Shown here piece after piece: positions 1 to 25,679 of a stretch of 64,000 nt of DNA. The first letter of the stretch is position 1; every line of letters begins with the position of its first letter. The stretch is from Dictyostelium discoideum. Its lineage: Eukaryota. The DNA lies in NCBI GenBank assembly GCA_000004695.1, contig CM000151.3, positions 1,920,001 through 1,984,000 of the forward strand, in the 5' to 3' direction. The notes under the pieces are model-generated. The model worked only from the letters and a program-made list of their open reading frames with translations. It searched no databases and was not told where the DNA came from. Both the position numbers and the translations under genes were made by a program.

Positions 1-2422
1 AAGAAGGTAATAATTTTGAGACATCTGATCCAAGGTCATGAACTACAATCTTTTTTTGAGGTGAGTCATATGACTTTCTAAAAATTTCAATCATCTTATC
101 AGTTTGAGATGTGATTTTAATGAAATAATAGTCAATTGATTTTGAAGATAATTTTTGTAAAAGTTTTTCTGGAACCAAACCACTTGGGTCACCATCTGGA
201 TATGAATCAACACAATTATGATATTTTTTGCCGTGGCATGGTGCATCGCCTACATGGACAACAAGTTTAGTATGAGTTGGTTTCCACGATAGGTTATTTA
301 CTTGTAAAAAAGCACCTGTAATATCTTCTGGAGTATCACCACCACCTGTTGGAACTGCTTCATTAATTTTGGAAGCAAGATATCCCATATCCGTTGTAAA
401 TGGTACAACCTCAAATCTATTGGAATCAGTAATATCACGATAACCTATGAAACTTGCATTCAATTCCAAACCTACATATGAGCTGGCTAATAATCCAGTT
501 AATGAAATAATTTTTTCTTTACTTTCTTTAATCCATGAGCCCATACTACCAGTGCAATCCATCATGAGGCAAAGTTGTACCATTGGGGGTTTATTCTTTT
601 CTTGACGTAATCTATTTCTTCTTAATGATTCTGCTTCATCGAGTGCAAAGTCGTAAGAATGTCTAATTTCCTTTCCCGATTTTACATGTAATGCACAAAC
701 TTCTATCTCTGTTGATGCAATTTTAAAGTTACATCAATACGGTTTTCATTGACTGGTGCACCTACATTTGGAATATTAACATACAATTCACCAATAAATT
801 GAACACCTGGGTCAGTCGTATATGACATTGTTTGCATATACGATGAGAAAATGGAAATTTCAATGGCTTTTTGATCTTGTGAAGTTGGAACATATGACCT
901 TGTAAACACTTCATCACAACCAACCATTTGATTTGCATGAACAAAAACATCACAAACATTTTGGCAATGTGGAATATCTCTGATTTTAATTATTGATTTT
1001 CCAGTATGTGGTTTACTTGGTGTAACTACTTCTGTAATCTCTGTTGCATAACTTTTGGTTTGTTTTCTTGTTGAAATTGTATTTGGATTTAATCCAAATC
1101 TTGTTGCACCCATAACGACTGATAGACCAGCCTTATTTGGAATGATGAATTTTGCACCAGTAAATTCTAATTCACTTTTAATATGTTCTTGCAAATCTTT
1201 ATTTTCATTGAAACCGCCAATTAAAAAAATATAATCTAATTTTTTAATATCTGAATTTGATTTGATTTCACTTTTTATTGAATCGGTGATACTTTGGAAT
1301 AAAGGTTTGAAAAATGAAATAAATAAATCCTGTGGGAAAATCAATTTCTCTCTTGCTGATGAATATCTTAAACTGAAACCACTTTTTGAATTAAATTCTT
1401 GAATTTTTTTATTTAACCATTTTTCATCTTCATGAAATAATGCCATTGGAAAAAATTCTAAACTGATGATATGATTTGAATCTCTATTATAAGTTTTTTT
1501 TAAGAATCCAAATTTATCAAACAAAGATTGTAAGTGGGGCTTTTTTTTCTTTTTTCAATAACATCATCTCCAAATAACTTTTTAAGAAATAAAATAAAAT
1601 TATTATTAACATAACTTGATCCAAAATCACCACCAAATGAACGAGAAATTGATTTTAATTTTCCTCCTTCCAATTGTTCATAACAAATGATATCGGATGT
1701 TCCACCACCATTATCGATAACCATAAACTTTTAACCAACTTGAACAGAGTAACCAGTAGTTTTTTCAAAAATACATTGTAATGCACCAGCTTCTGGTTCA
1801 TATGAAAAGATGAGAGACTCTAAGAATATTTTAAATAAATTGTTAATAAATGAAAATTTGATTTTATTTAATAAATTAATTTTTACTTACCTTTATCATC
1901 TTTTGAACAAAGTCCTGCAGTGTCTGCACAACTTCTCATTACTTGTTTACTAGAGTCATCCCAAATTGCAGGGATTGTTAATACCCATTGAACTTCGGAT
2001 TCATAAACTTTTTTGGAAGATATACTATTTACCTTATTCATTGCAACAATTTTTAAATATCTTAAGGATTCAGTAATGAGTTCTTGAATTGTTGCACTAT
2101 GATTACCACAAACTGATTTAATTGGTTGGCCTCTAGTTTTTGGGTTAAATAGATGCATTTTATAAGAGGAGTAAAGCGAATGTTTTTCAGTACCTTCATC
2201 ATCATTGTTTGAAAAGTAATCTCTAGCCTCGTAACCAAATGCAACAAATTTTTTTTTTTCATCCAACACAATTTGCGTCAAAGTTTTTACATTTATTGAA
2301 CATGACCCACCCCAAGTTTCAGTGCAATAAACTGTCTCTGAAATATCTTGGGGGAAAACAAATGCAAACCCAGAACATGAAGTACCAAAATCAATTGCAA
2401 TTACAACACTTTTACCTTTCAT
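1..2422 (-). pseudogene. Hsp70-like (HSPA12-type actin-fold ATPase) fused to a C-terminal von Willebrand factor A (vWA) domain. The 5' end is complete (ATG at 2422) and the 3' end runs past the window start. The reading frame is broken three times.
   Basis: Minus-strand exon 1 (2422..1891) encodes MKGKSVVIAIDFGTSCSGFAF, the Hsp70/HSPA12 phosphate-1 motif. A GTAAGT...AG intron lies at 1890..1820. Exon 2 continues SLIFSYEPEAGALQCIF...VQVG, hits an in-frame TAA (plus 1731-1733), then resumes FMVIDNGGGTSDI (Hsp70 phosphate-2 / connect motif). The frame switches within 1503-1527, next to an A8/T8 homopolymer. It switches again within 703-738, with no GT..AG boundary available. Downstream of that (about 700..1) the frame encodes a clear vWA domain: LCLMMDCTGSMGSW (DxTxS MIDAS motif), GGGDTPEDI and LVVHVGDAPCHG. 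Confidence 0.5.
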
Positions 2423-2551
2423 TGTTTACTATTTTTGAAAATTAAAAAATTGTTTTAAATAAATCCAATTTATATTTATATTTACTTTAAAAAAAAAAAT
2501 TAATTTTTTTTTTAAATTTTTAAATTTTGAGATAATATTTTTAAAAAATTT

Positions 2552-2591
<40 letters not shown>

Positions 2592-2706
2592 AAAACAAAT
2601 ATTAATCCACACAAAAAAAAAAAAAAAAGAAAAACAAAAACAGATAAATTTCAGATGGAGAGTAATACTTTAGATAAATAAAACATATATAAATATTTAT
2701 ATATAA

Positions 2707-2748
<42 letters not shown>

Positions 2749-2809
2749 ATAAAATAATAAAAGAAAAGTATTCATTAATTTAAATCAGTTCTTTTTTTTT
2801 TTTTTTGTA

Positions 2810-3150
2810 TCCTTAAGTTTAAATTAATTTTTTTTGATCAAAATAAAAATTAGATGTTTGAAAACTTATATAAATAAGTTTTTTTTTACAACTTTTTACA
2901 ATTTAATTTTTTTTCTCAAATCAAGATACAAATTTGTTTTTTTTTCACTTTTTACAATTTAATTTTTTTTTTTTTTTTTTAATTTTTTGAATCAAAGATT
3001 GAAATTAGATCTTGGACCACTTAAATTAATAAGTTTTTTTTTAATTTTGAAATTTAATTTTTTTCACTGTTACAATTCAAATTTTTTTTCACTTTTGCAA
3101 TTTAATTTTTTTTTTTTTCACTTAAGTGAAAAATAAATTTATTTTTTGTT
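2810..3150. repeat. Tandemly duplicated ~150-bp unit carrying five copies of a ~27-bp motif (consensus cacttttTacaatttaattttttttt) in the divergent intergenic region between the gene starting at 2422 (minus) and the gene starting at 3213 (plus).
   Basis: Motif copies begin at about 2889, 2946, 3065, 3090 and 3119. The flanking segments '...gatcaaaataaaaattagat...taaataagttttttttt' (2835-2888) and '...gaatcaaagattgaaattagat...aattaataagttttttttt' (2985-3040) are clearly related, so the whole unit is duplicated. Confidence 0.6.
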
Positions 3151-3212
3151 TTTTTTCCATAAACCAATATAAAAATTTTTAATAAATACAAATTTTAAAG
3201 AATCCAATAAAA

Positions 3213-3995
3213 ATGAATACATTTTTTAAAAGACATAAACAAAAATTAAAAGAAGAAATTAAAAAACTTGAAGAATCAAAAATAGAGTTACAAAAAAACC
3301 ATGATCTCTCATTTATTGAAATAAATAAAAAAATTTCAATTTTTAAATGTAACCTTAATGCTCTTGACAACAATGAAACTCAATCATTACAAAATAAAAT
3401 TTCCCAACTAGAAGAATTTATCGAAAATGAAGAAAATAATAAAAAACGTGAAATTGAAAAAATTGTCAACGACAAAAATGAAGAAATTCAAAACCACAAA
3501 AACCAACTCAATAAATACATTTCAAGATTGAACCAAAATGAAGTAGAATATAAAAAAATAGAAAATGATTTAATAAGAATGAAAGAAATCAGATCAATTG
3601 AAATTAGTTACTCTGCTTTAGAAAGTAAAAGTAAACTTTCTCATATGGGCAACCAACTTCCAAAGTCCACAGACATTAAAGATTTAATGGAAGATTTCTA
3701 TAGTTCAATTGAAAGCTACTTACTTGGAACCTGTTTAGAACATTATTCCGAAGAGTTTTGTGCCAATTTTATTAAACATATATTTGTTAGTTCATATAAA
3801 ACATGTAAAAAAATTGTTACTAATGAATTTGGTAATATTTTTAAAAATTCTCCAACTGACAATCAAGAATATTATTTTAGACGTTTAATTTTCTCTTTAA
3901 TTGATATCCTCATAGAAAGGGCTTGCAAAATTTTAAATGAAAAACTTTCAAATGAGCTATCAAAAAATCATAATCATAATAAAAATTATTTGTAA
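3213..3995 (+). CDS. Hypothetical protein of 260 aa. The N-terminal half is K/E-rich coiled-coil-like, followed by a cysteine-containing C-terminal region. No recognisable family; lineage-specific.
   Basis: Uninterrupted ORF with A-rich pre-ATG context (aaaATGaat) and coding-type composition. Part of it is duplicated as a fragment at 5070..5243. Confidence 0.55.
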   Translation: MNTFFKRHKQKLKEEIKKLEESKIELQKNHDLSFIEINKKISIFKCNLNALDNNETQSLQNKISQLEEFIENEENNKKREIEKIVNDKNEEIQNHKNQLNKYISRLNQNEVEYKKIENDLIRMKEIRSIEISYSALESKSKLSHMGNQLPKSTDIKDLMEDFYSSIESYLLGTCLEHYSEEFCANFIKHIFVSSYKTCKKIVTNEFGNIFKNSPTDNQEYYFRRLIFSLIDILIERACKILNEKLSNELSKNHNHNKNYL

Positions 3996-4077
3996 GTTAT
4001 TTTATCAATAATAATCAACAATATATTTATTAACTATTTTTTTTTTTTTTTTTTTTTTTCTCTCATCTAAAAGGAAA

Positions 4078-4569
4078 ATGGCCCATAGTTTTATTAAGGA
4101 TTGTTGTAAATTCAATTTCAGTATTCTCTTATCACAACCAAAAGTCAAATACAATGAAATTGATGAAATTGGAAAAGAGTACTCTGAAAAAGAACATAAA
4201 TCATTTGGAAAGATTCCTTCTGATTCTAAAATGTGTGTTGATTTATTAATAATTCCATCAATCCATTTGGCTTCAGATAATAATAAAATAACTCCAAGCT
4301 ACGTACTATTAAAACCAATTGATCTTACTCCTCAATTAACTAAAGAAACCAATGAGATCACACCCATGAAGTCGCCTCTTACTGTTGATGATGCAAGTAA
4401 TGAAAAATTCTATGAGACAAACAACTCTATGGATTATTGCTATGTTAAAATCAATACCTATCTTGAACACCCTGAAATTATCACTTATGGTAAAACATCA
4501 TCAAGTGGTCAAGCATATATTGATAACTTTGAAAATAACTCTTCAAACAAAATGCAACCAACTTCTTAA
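4078..4569 (+). CDS. Hypothetical small protein of 163 aa with no recognisable domain.
   Basis: ORF with aaaATGgcc start context and a poly-T tract upstream. Composition is coding-like (not homopolymeric), but there is no supporting homology. Confidence 0.35.
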   Translation: MAHSFIKDCCKFNFSILLSQPKVKYNEIDEIGKEYSEKEHKSFGKIPSDSKMCVDLLIIPSIHLASDNNKITPSYVLLKPIDLTPQLTKETNEITPMKSPLTVDDASNEKFYETNNSMDYCYVKINTYLEHPEIITYGKTSSSGQAYIDNFENNSSNKMQPTS

Positions 4570-5069
4570 AAATACAAAAAAATAATAATCTCAATAATTC
4601 ATTAATACTTTCATAACAAAATATAATAATAAGCTACATCTATTTTAGGAATTAAAAAAAAAAAAAAAAAATATATTAAATAAAAACAATTTTTATGAAA
4701 GATTAATTAATTTCTCTTTTTTTTATATCTTTTTTTTCTAATCAATATCTCTTTTTTTATTATGTGTTTAATTTATTTCAAAAAATAATTTTTTTCACTT
4801 TTTTTTTTTTGAAATAAATTTTTATTAATCCAATTTACAAGCCATACGGCTAAAATCAGGTGGCGTATTTATGCTTAAATTAATATTGCAGCTTAAATTA
4901 ATATGGTAATTTTGGAATGGGACAGTTTTAAAGTAAAAAAAAAAAATTAATTTAAATTAATATTTATTTTTTTCTTAATTAGTTTTGATTTGGTGGTTGT
5001 GTTATTTTATTTTATTTTTTTTTTTTTTTTTTTTTTTTTTAATCATGATTACAAATTTGAATAGTCAAA

Positions 5070-5243
5070 ATGTCGAAAAATAATCAACAAAGATATGAAG
5101 AAGAAATTGAAATTATTAACTCTACTTTTCAAAGTAAAAGTAAACTTTGTCAAATGGGCAACTCACTTCCAAACCCATCAGATTTTGCTTATAGTTTAAT
5201 GGAAGATTTCTTTTTTTCAGTTCAACTCTTACATAATAAATAA
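5070..5243 (+). pseudogene. Truncated paralogous fragment (58 codons) of the gene at 3213..3995.
   Basis: Encodes MSKNNQQRYEEEIEIINSTFQSKSKLCQMGNSLPNPSDFAYSLMEDFFFSVQLLHNK*. It aligns with residues ..IEISYSALESKSKLSHMGNQLPKSTDIKDLMEDFYSSIESYLL.. of the 3213 ORF through the shared SKSKL..MGN.LP......LMEDF pattern. It ends at a stop after 58 codons, and the flanks are pure AT-rich intergenic DNA. Confidence 0.5.
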
Positions 5244-5751
5244 ATAAATATTTTTTTTTTTTTTGATTCTTAATTAATTTTTTTATGATATTTAATTTGT
5301 TTTATTTTTTTTTAACAAAAGTTTTTTTTTTTATATTTTACTTTTTTGGTAATTTTGAATCCAAAGTCAGGATAAAGTTCAAAAAAAATAAATTAAAAAA
5401 ATAAAAAAAATAAAAAAAAATAAAAAAAAATAAAAAAAATAAAAAAAAAAAAAAAAAAATGAAAAAATTTAATTTTTAATTTTTTTTTAGTTTTTTTAAT
5501 TTTTTTTTATTATTCCAAAAACATTACACAAACACAACCATTTTAAAATCTTTATAGTTTAATTTTATAGTTTTATTATTTTTATATATTACAATATTGT
5601 ATTTATATATTAAATTTTTAGTGTTAGTGAATGATTGTACATAGAGAATAAAAATATAAAAATTTTAAATCGTAAATTTATATATATATTTTATAAAAAA
5701 AAAATAAAAAATAAAAAATTAAAATTAAAAAAAAAAAAAAAATAAAAAGAG

Positions 5752-19413
<13,662 letters not shown>

Positions 19414-19437
19414 AATAAATGATTTTAAAATAATATC

Positions 19438-19470
<33 letters not shown>

Positions 19471-19549
19471 TTCTAAAAATATCTTCTTTTTTATTTTTAT
19501 TTTTTTTAAAGATTAAATAAGAAAAAAATAAGATTTTCATTCAAAGATT

Positions 19550-19597
<48 letters not shown>

Positions 19598-19653
19598 GAC
19601 AACCCAAAATATCTTCTTTTTTTTTAAAATAAACACTGCTTAAAAAAAAAACA

Positions 19654-19698
19654 ATGATTTCTAAATTATATACATATTTAAGTAAAATGGATAGTCAC

Positions 19699-19759
<61 letters not shown>

Positions 19760-22329
19760 TAGAAATTGAATTGCATGAGAAATTATTTTGGAAAATTTTT
19801 AGAAATAAATATATATTTAATGAGATATTCTCAAATTTTCAATGTTTAGGAATTAATAAATTTAGATATTATGATATTATTCATATATCATGGATGTTGG
19901 ATAATGGGTATATAAATTTAATTAAAGATAAAATTGAATTTCAAAAACATATAGTTTTTACAACTCATTTACCATCAGTAATTCAAAATAAATTTAGTGA
20001 ATCAAATTTATTTTTAAAATCAATGGATGAAACATTTGAAAGATTATTTAAAACATTTAAAGATAACAAAAATATAAATAATTTAGATGGGGACTGTACA
20101 AATAATTTAGTTTATAAATTTTATTTAAATTTATTTTCAGAAAATTATGAAAAAAACCATCAATTTGATTATTCTAATTTATTATTAATTTCAACGAGAT
20201 GTGGTAATTTAATTGTAAATAAAATTTTATATAAAAAAGGTTTTGAACAAGATACTTTAAAAAATAAAACTTTCGGAATAAAGTTATTTGAAAGTATAAT
20301 GAAATCAAATTCTTTAAAAATGATTAATTCATTTTTATCAACTTCATCATCATCATCTATAATAAAAGATAATAAAATATTTGATTACTATAAGAATCAA
20401 AATTTCAAAAATGATTTTAAACCAAATATTTATAAATTATTAAATGCATTATTTGATACAAATGAAATAACAAATAATTTAAATTTAAATGATAATGATG
20501 TTTTACAAATTATTTTAAAAGCAATCATTGAAAAATACTTTCCATTTAGTGATCCATTTTATTCAAATTTCAAATTAAATAATTTAATTGAATCAATTTT
20601 ATTTGCAATTAAAATAAAAATAATTAATGGTGATTATAAAATTAACAATTGTTCCTATGACCAAAATGAAATTAATTTAATTGATTTTTCAAATTCAATA
20701 AAATTAAAATATAATTCATTATTAAAATTATCATTAAGAAAATTAATTAATTTTAATAATAATGAATTTAATAATGAATTTAAATTATTATTAGAAATTT
20801 ATTTATTTAAAATAATGAAAAAACCAAGTCCACCATTTTTATATTATTTAAAATATTATGATAATATAAATATATATGATTATAATGAAAGTGATGAAAA
20901 ACTAAAAGAAAATGTTAAATTTATAAAAATATTGGTTGATAATAAATATGATAGTATTTTACCAAGATTTAAAAGATCAGTTTCAAAATCAAAATTATTT
21001 AGACAATCATTAAAACATGGTAATTATAATTTATTATTATATTCAGATTTAAATCAAATTAATCAAGAAACCTATAAAGAATGTGTATATGGTTTATATG
21101 AGAGAAAATCAAAAACTCCAAAATTATTATTCAAACATTGTAAAAATAATAGAGAAAAGCAATTTAAATTCTTAGAGGAAATTTCAAAGAATCAAATTAA
21201 AATTCATCCAATAACAATGATTTGTATGTTAATTGAATTACAAGATATTGAATTAATAGAATTTTATTTAAAATCAGTTGAATCAATTGATAAATGGTTA
21301 AAAGAGGTAAATCCAACACCTACAATTTCAATTGCACATTCAATTGAAACTATTGAAATGTTAGATTATTGTTTTAATAAATTTAATAATCATTTCAATA
21401 GAATTTCAATATCATGTTGGTATGAATATGGTCGTATTAATTTAATTAAAAGATATACTGATTTACGAATTCAATCAAATTGTGTCAATGATTCCATTAA
21501 AAATATACTATTACCATTTGATTCAGAATTCTTACTACATAATAGAAAAACCTCATTCAATGGTAAACTTTTACAAACAATGTGTTGGTTTATTAAAATT
21601 CAAAATTTACAATTATTTAGTGGTAATGGTGATGGGTCGCCATTATCAAATGAAAACGCTGTAAATGAATGTATAGCACTATGTAGAGATAAGAATTTAT
21701 ATTTAAATGAATTGATATTTATATTATCAAAAACAAAAACAATTTTGGATGGAAATAAAATAATTAAAAAAAAAAAATATAGTGATAATATTATCAATAC
21801 TTTAAAAACAAATATTGGTCACAATAGTAGTGGTGAACTTTCTAAATTTTCAGAATTTGTAAATTGGGCTTACTATTCTCAATCGCCATCATATATAGAT
21901 TTAAATAAATTTAAAATCCAACCAATAAATTTATATTACCAAACTAGTGAATTTAATAAATTAATGGGTTATATTGAAAATGAATTTAAAGAGTATACAA
22001 ATGAAAGATTCTTTTCAAGTAAAATTTGTAAACAATTATTATTTGAAATAGGTAGACTTGGTAACATTTCAGGTTTTAGAAATTTATTTAATTATTTACC
22101 TCAATCTATTGATGCAATTAAAGAGGTTTTAACAATTTCAGCACAATATGGAAGAATTAATATATTTCAACAATTGAATGAAATTTTAAATCAAGATCCT
22201 GAAATTACTGAAAATTATTTAGGAATTGATACTCATTTTAAACATTTTCTAATTAATGTAACTACAACAAATAGAAATTTTTATCTTTTATATTACTTTA
22301 ATAATCATTTTTCAATTATATACAAATAA
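19654..22329 (+). CDS. Member A of a lineage-specific paralogous family (891 aa). It is N/K/I-rich, with an N-terminal poly-Asn tract followed by the conserved motif LFWKIFRNKYIFNEIF and an ...ISWML... block.
   Basis: Single long ORF. The N-terminal region aligns with the ORFs at 40673, 43629 and 56953 ([LI][FY][FW]K[IV]F[RHK]N.[FY] ... [SK][WL][YW]M[LI]). C-terminal segments weakly resemble degenerate ankyrin-like repeats (LTISAQYGRINIFQQLNEIL). Confidence 0.6.
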
Positions 22330-22593
22330 TTATGAAGAATTAAATAAAGCATTAAAAAAATAAAATTTAAAACAAAACCACAATAAAAAACAAATTAATT
22401 CATTTCATTCTTTTCTAGATTAAATAGTAAATTTAATTGTTTTTTTATTTTTATTTTTATTATTTTTTACTAAAAAAAAGAAAAAAAAATAAAAAATAAA
22501 AAAAAAAATTAAAATAATTATTTATATATCTAGACGATTTTATTTTTGTTTTTCAAATAAATAGTTTTTGGCGCCACAAAAAATGCTTTTTTG

Positions 22594-22641
<48 letters not shown>

Positions 22642-22696
22642 CTCATCCATTCATTCAATTCAAGTAATAAAATTTATTCATCTAATAATAACAAAT

Positions 22697-23386
22697 ATGA
22701 AAAAAATTAAAATTAAAATAGAAAATGAAGATGAAAATAAAAATAAAAATGAAAATGAAAATAAAAATGAAAATGAAAATAAAAATGATAAAGAAAAAAA
22801 AATAAAAGTTTCAAAAAAAGAAATAAATAATGAAGATGTTAATCTAAAAAATGAGATTGAAATTGGCAATAAGAATAATATTACTAATGAAGATTTAATT
22901 AATTTAAAAAAAATATATGAATCAAAAATATCAATATTAAAAGAAACACATAAAAAACAAATTGGTATGTTAATTGAATTAAATTCAAAAACAATGGAAA
23001 ACATTGAAATTGGACATCAAAATCAATTGAATAAACTTGAATCCAGCCATTCAAAGTCATTTTTAGCGTTAAAAGAAAACTATTATACAATGGTTAAAAA
23101 TACAAAGATTTTACTTGAAGAAATTGATTTACTAAATATAGATTTAAAACAATCAAATCAAGATATCAATAAAGTCATTTTAAAGAATAATATCTTAAAA
23201 AATCAAATTCTAAATTTAGATAAACATATTAAAGAAATAAATAATTCAAAATCATTTTTAGAAACAATTATTTTTGAATCAAAAAATGATAATAATAAAT
23301 TAAAAGAACAAGTTGCAAATTTATTATCTTTAGCGAATAATAATATTAATAATAATAATTATAATTATAATAATAATAATAATAAT

Positions 23387-23473
<87 letters not shown>

Positions 23474-24250
23474 TATAATAATAATAATAGTAATAATAAT
23501 AGTAATAATAATAATAAAAATAGTATAAATAATAATAAAAATAATAATAGTATCCATGAAGATATTAATAATTTAAGTTTTTTAAATAATACTTTAATTA
23601 ATGGATTAAATAATATAAATAATAATTTACAAAGATTAGAATCATCAAGAGAATGGGATATCGAATCTGAAAAAGAGAAACTAGAACTTGAAAAAGCTAG
23701 AATTAGGTTAGAATTAGTAAAACTTTTAAAAAAAGGAGATGAAAAAAAATATTCTGAAAAAGAGAAGGACAAACTAATAAAAACTGAAAAAAAATCGAGA
23801 AATAATAGCGCCACCACCACCACTTATGAAGAACAACAACATCAATTACAACAAATCTTAGAAAAAGATAATAAGAAAACTATAGAATTAAAACAACAAC
23901 AACAAGATGATCTTGATGTTTCATCAGCATCTGGATATATTGATAATAAAATAGAAAAGAAAACAAGAAAATCAAATCAAAAGAAGGAAGAAAAAGAAGT
24001 AGAAGAAGAAGAGAAAAAATATGACGGAGAAAAATCAAGATCAAAGAATAAAACAACAGAAAAATTAAAAAAGAGTGGATCAACTGAATGTATTATTATA
24101 GAGGATGAAAATGATGGTGATAAAAAAGAAAAAGTTTCAAATAAAAAAAGAACAATAACTTCAAGAGGGAGTAATAAAAAATCCCAAATCGATGATGATG
24201 ACCTAAATGAAAAACCAATGAAAAAAACAAGAAATTCAAAAAAAAAATGA
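22697..24250 (+). CDS. Coiled-coil, K/E/N-rich low-complexity protein (517 aa) with a basic C-terminal tail (KKTRNSKKK).
   Basis: Single ORF. Heptad-like KxxE periodicity, an internal (AAT)n-encoded poly-N run at about 23340-23500, and A-rich start context. Confidence 0.5.
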
Positions 24251-24523
24251 AATCACTATTTTTAGAAATTTCTCTGTCTCTAAAGGAACAAAAGGTTTCT
24301 ACTCATTATTAAAACATTCATGTAAAAAATAAAATAAAATAAAAAAATTTTAACAATTAAAAAAATAAATTAAAAAGTAAACACACACAATTATTTATTT
24401 AATTTTCTTTTGTGTAAAAACTCCCCACACTTTCCATTTTTTTTTTTTGTTTTTTTTTTTTTGTTTTTTTTTTTTGTTTTTTTTTTTTTTTACCTATATG
24501 TAAATTGGAAATAATAAATAAAA

Positions 24524-25592
24524 ATGGAAAAAAAAGAAATTAAACATTTACATGAAAAAATAAAAAAAACTAATTTAGAAAATGAAAATAAAATAACAAA
24601 TGTTAATAATTTATATCTTCAAGATACAATAATAATAATTATTCTAAGGGATATTATTGATTATTTAATTTCAAATAAAGTTAAATATAAAAATAAAAAT
24701 TATTCAATAAAAAGATATTATTTATATAAAAATGAAATTATATATTATTCATTAGTTTCAAATAAATGGTTTAATATAATATCAACAATAATAACAAATA
24801 ATTTAATTGAAAATAGAGGAATTGGTAATTGGTTACTAAAACCAATTATTAGTTTTGAAGATACCGATTCAGGAAATTCTCAAGTAAAGAAAGTATTTTC
24901 AATTAATTATAATCATATTGGATTTATTAATAATTTAACAAATTATTATTCCCCCAATATGTAATATTGAACCACCCAATGAAATTAAATTAGAAATTGG
25001 TAAAAAGAAATCAATAATTAAAATAAATGTAAATGATATTAAAAAAATATTTAATTTTCAAGATAAATCATTATTAATATTAAATGAATTTATTGATTCT
25101 TTTAATAGTAATAATAATAATAATAATAATAATATCAATCCAAATGAATTTGATAAAATTATAATAAACATATCAAATTCTGTTTTACCAGATAATGAAG
25201 AAGTAATTAAATATTTATCAAATCCAAATTTTAAATATAAACTAAATAATGAAAATGTTGAAATTAATATAAATAAAATATTTATTGATGAAGAGAATCA
25301 AGTTTTTTCAAATTTAAATGAAAATATTGCATTAGATAATAAAATGAATGTTAATAAATTAAATATAGTTGGTTGTAGAGAATATGATTTCGATGATGAT
25401 GACGATGATGAAACTAGTGAATTATATGAAAATGAATTCAATGAATTAAAGAAACTATTACTATACTTAAATCCAAAACATTTAAAATATTCACCAAATA
25501 GTTGTTATCCTGGTTCTGAAAGATTTTATCATTGTGATTATTCTTGTTTATTTAATCCAGATATAATAATTCGTAATTTCAATTTCTATTGA
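24524..25592 (+). CDS. Hypothetical protein read as two frames joined by an apparent +1 frameshift near 24940-24964. It is N/I-rich with an acidic D6E patch and a Cys/His-containing C-terminus (CYPGSERFYHCDYSC).
   Basis: ORF 24524..24964 ends ...YYSPNM*. A second frame is open from about 24938 to 25592 (IEPPNEIKLEIGKKK...). The frames overlap by about 25 nt around a C5 homopolymer (cccccaatatg), and no GT..AG intron fits. Confidence 0.35.
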
Positions 25593-25679
25593 TATTCAGA
25601 ATTTGTTGAACAATTAATTTAATAAGAATAAATGATTTAATAATTTAAGAACAATTTCATTACATTTTTATTTCATGAA

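Noticed and set aside
4840-4925. Moderately GC-richer 85-bp segment with a direct repeat gcttaaattaatat
   Set aside because: Too short and too unstructured to call as an RNA gene or element. Noted only as a possible UTR or regulatory remnant.
23330-24083. Minus-strand poly-I/poly-L ORFs (23330..23557, 23473..23823, 23880..24083) and 22678..23004
   Set aside because: Antisense of the N/K/E-rich coiled-coil gene 22697..24250. They are pure low-complexity readings.
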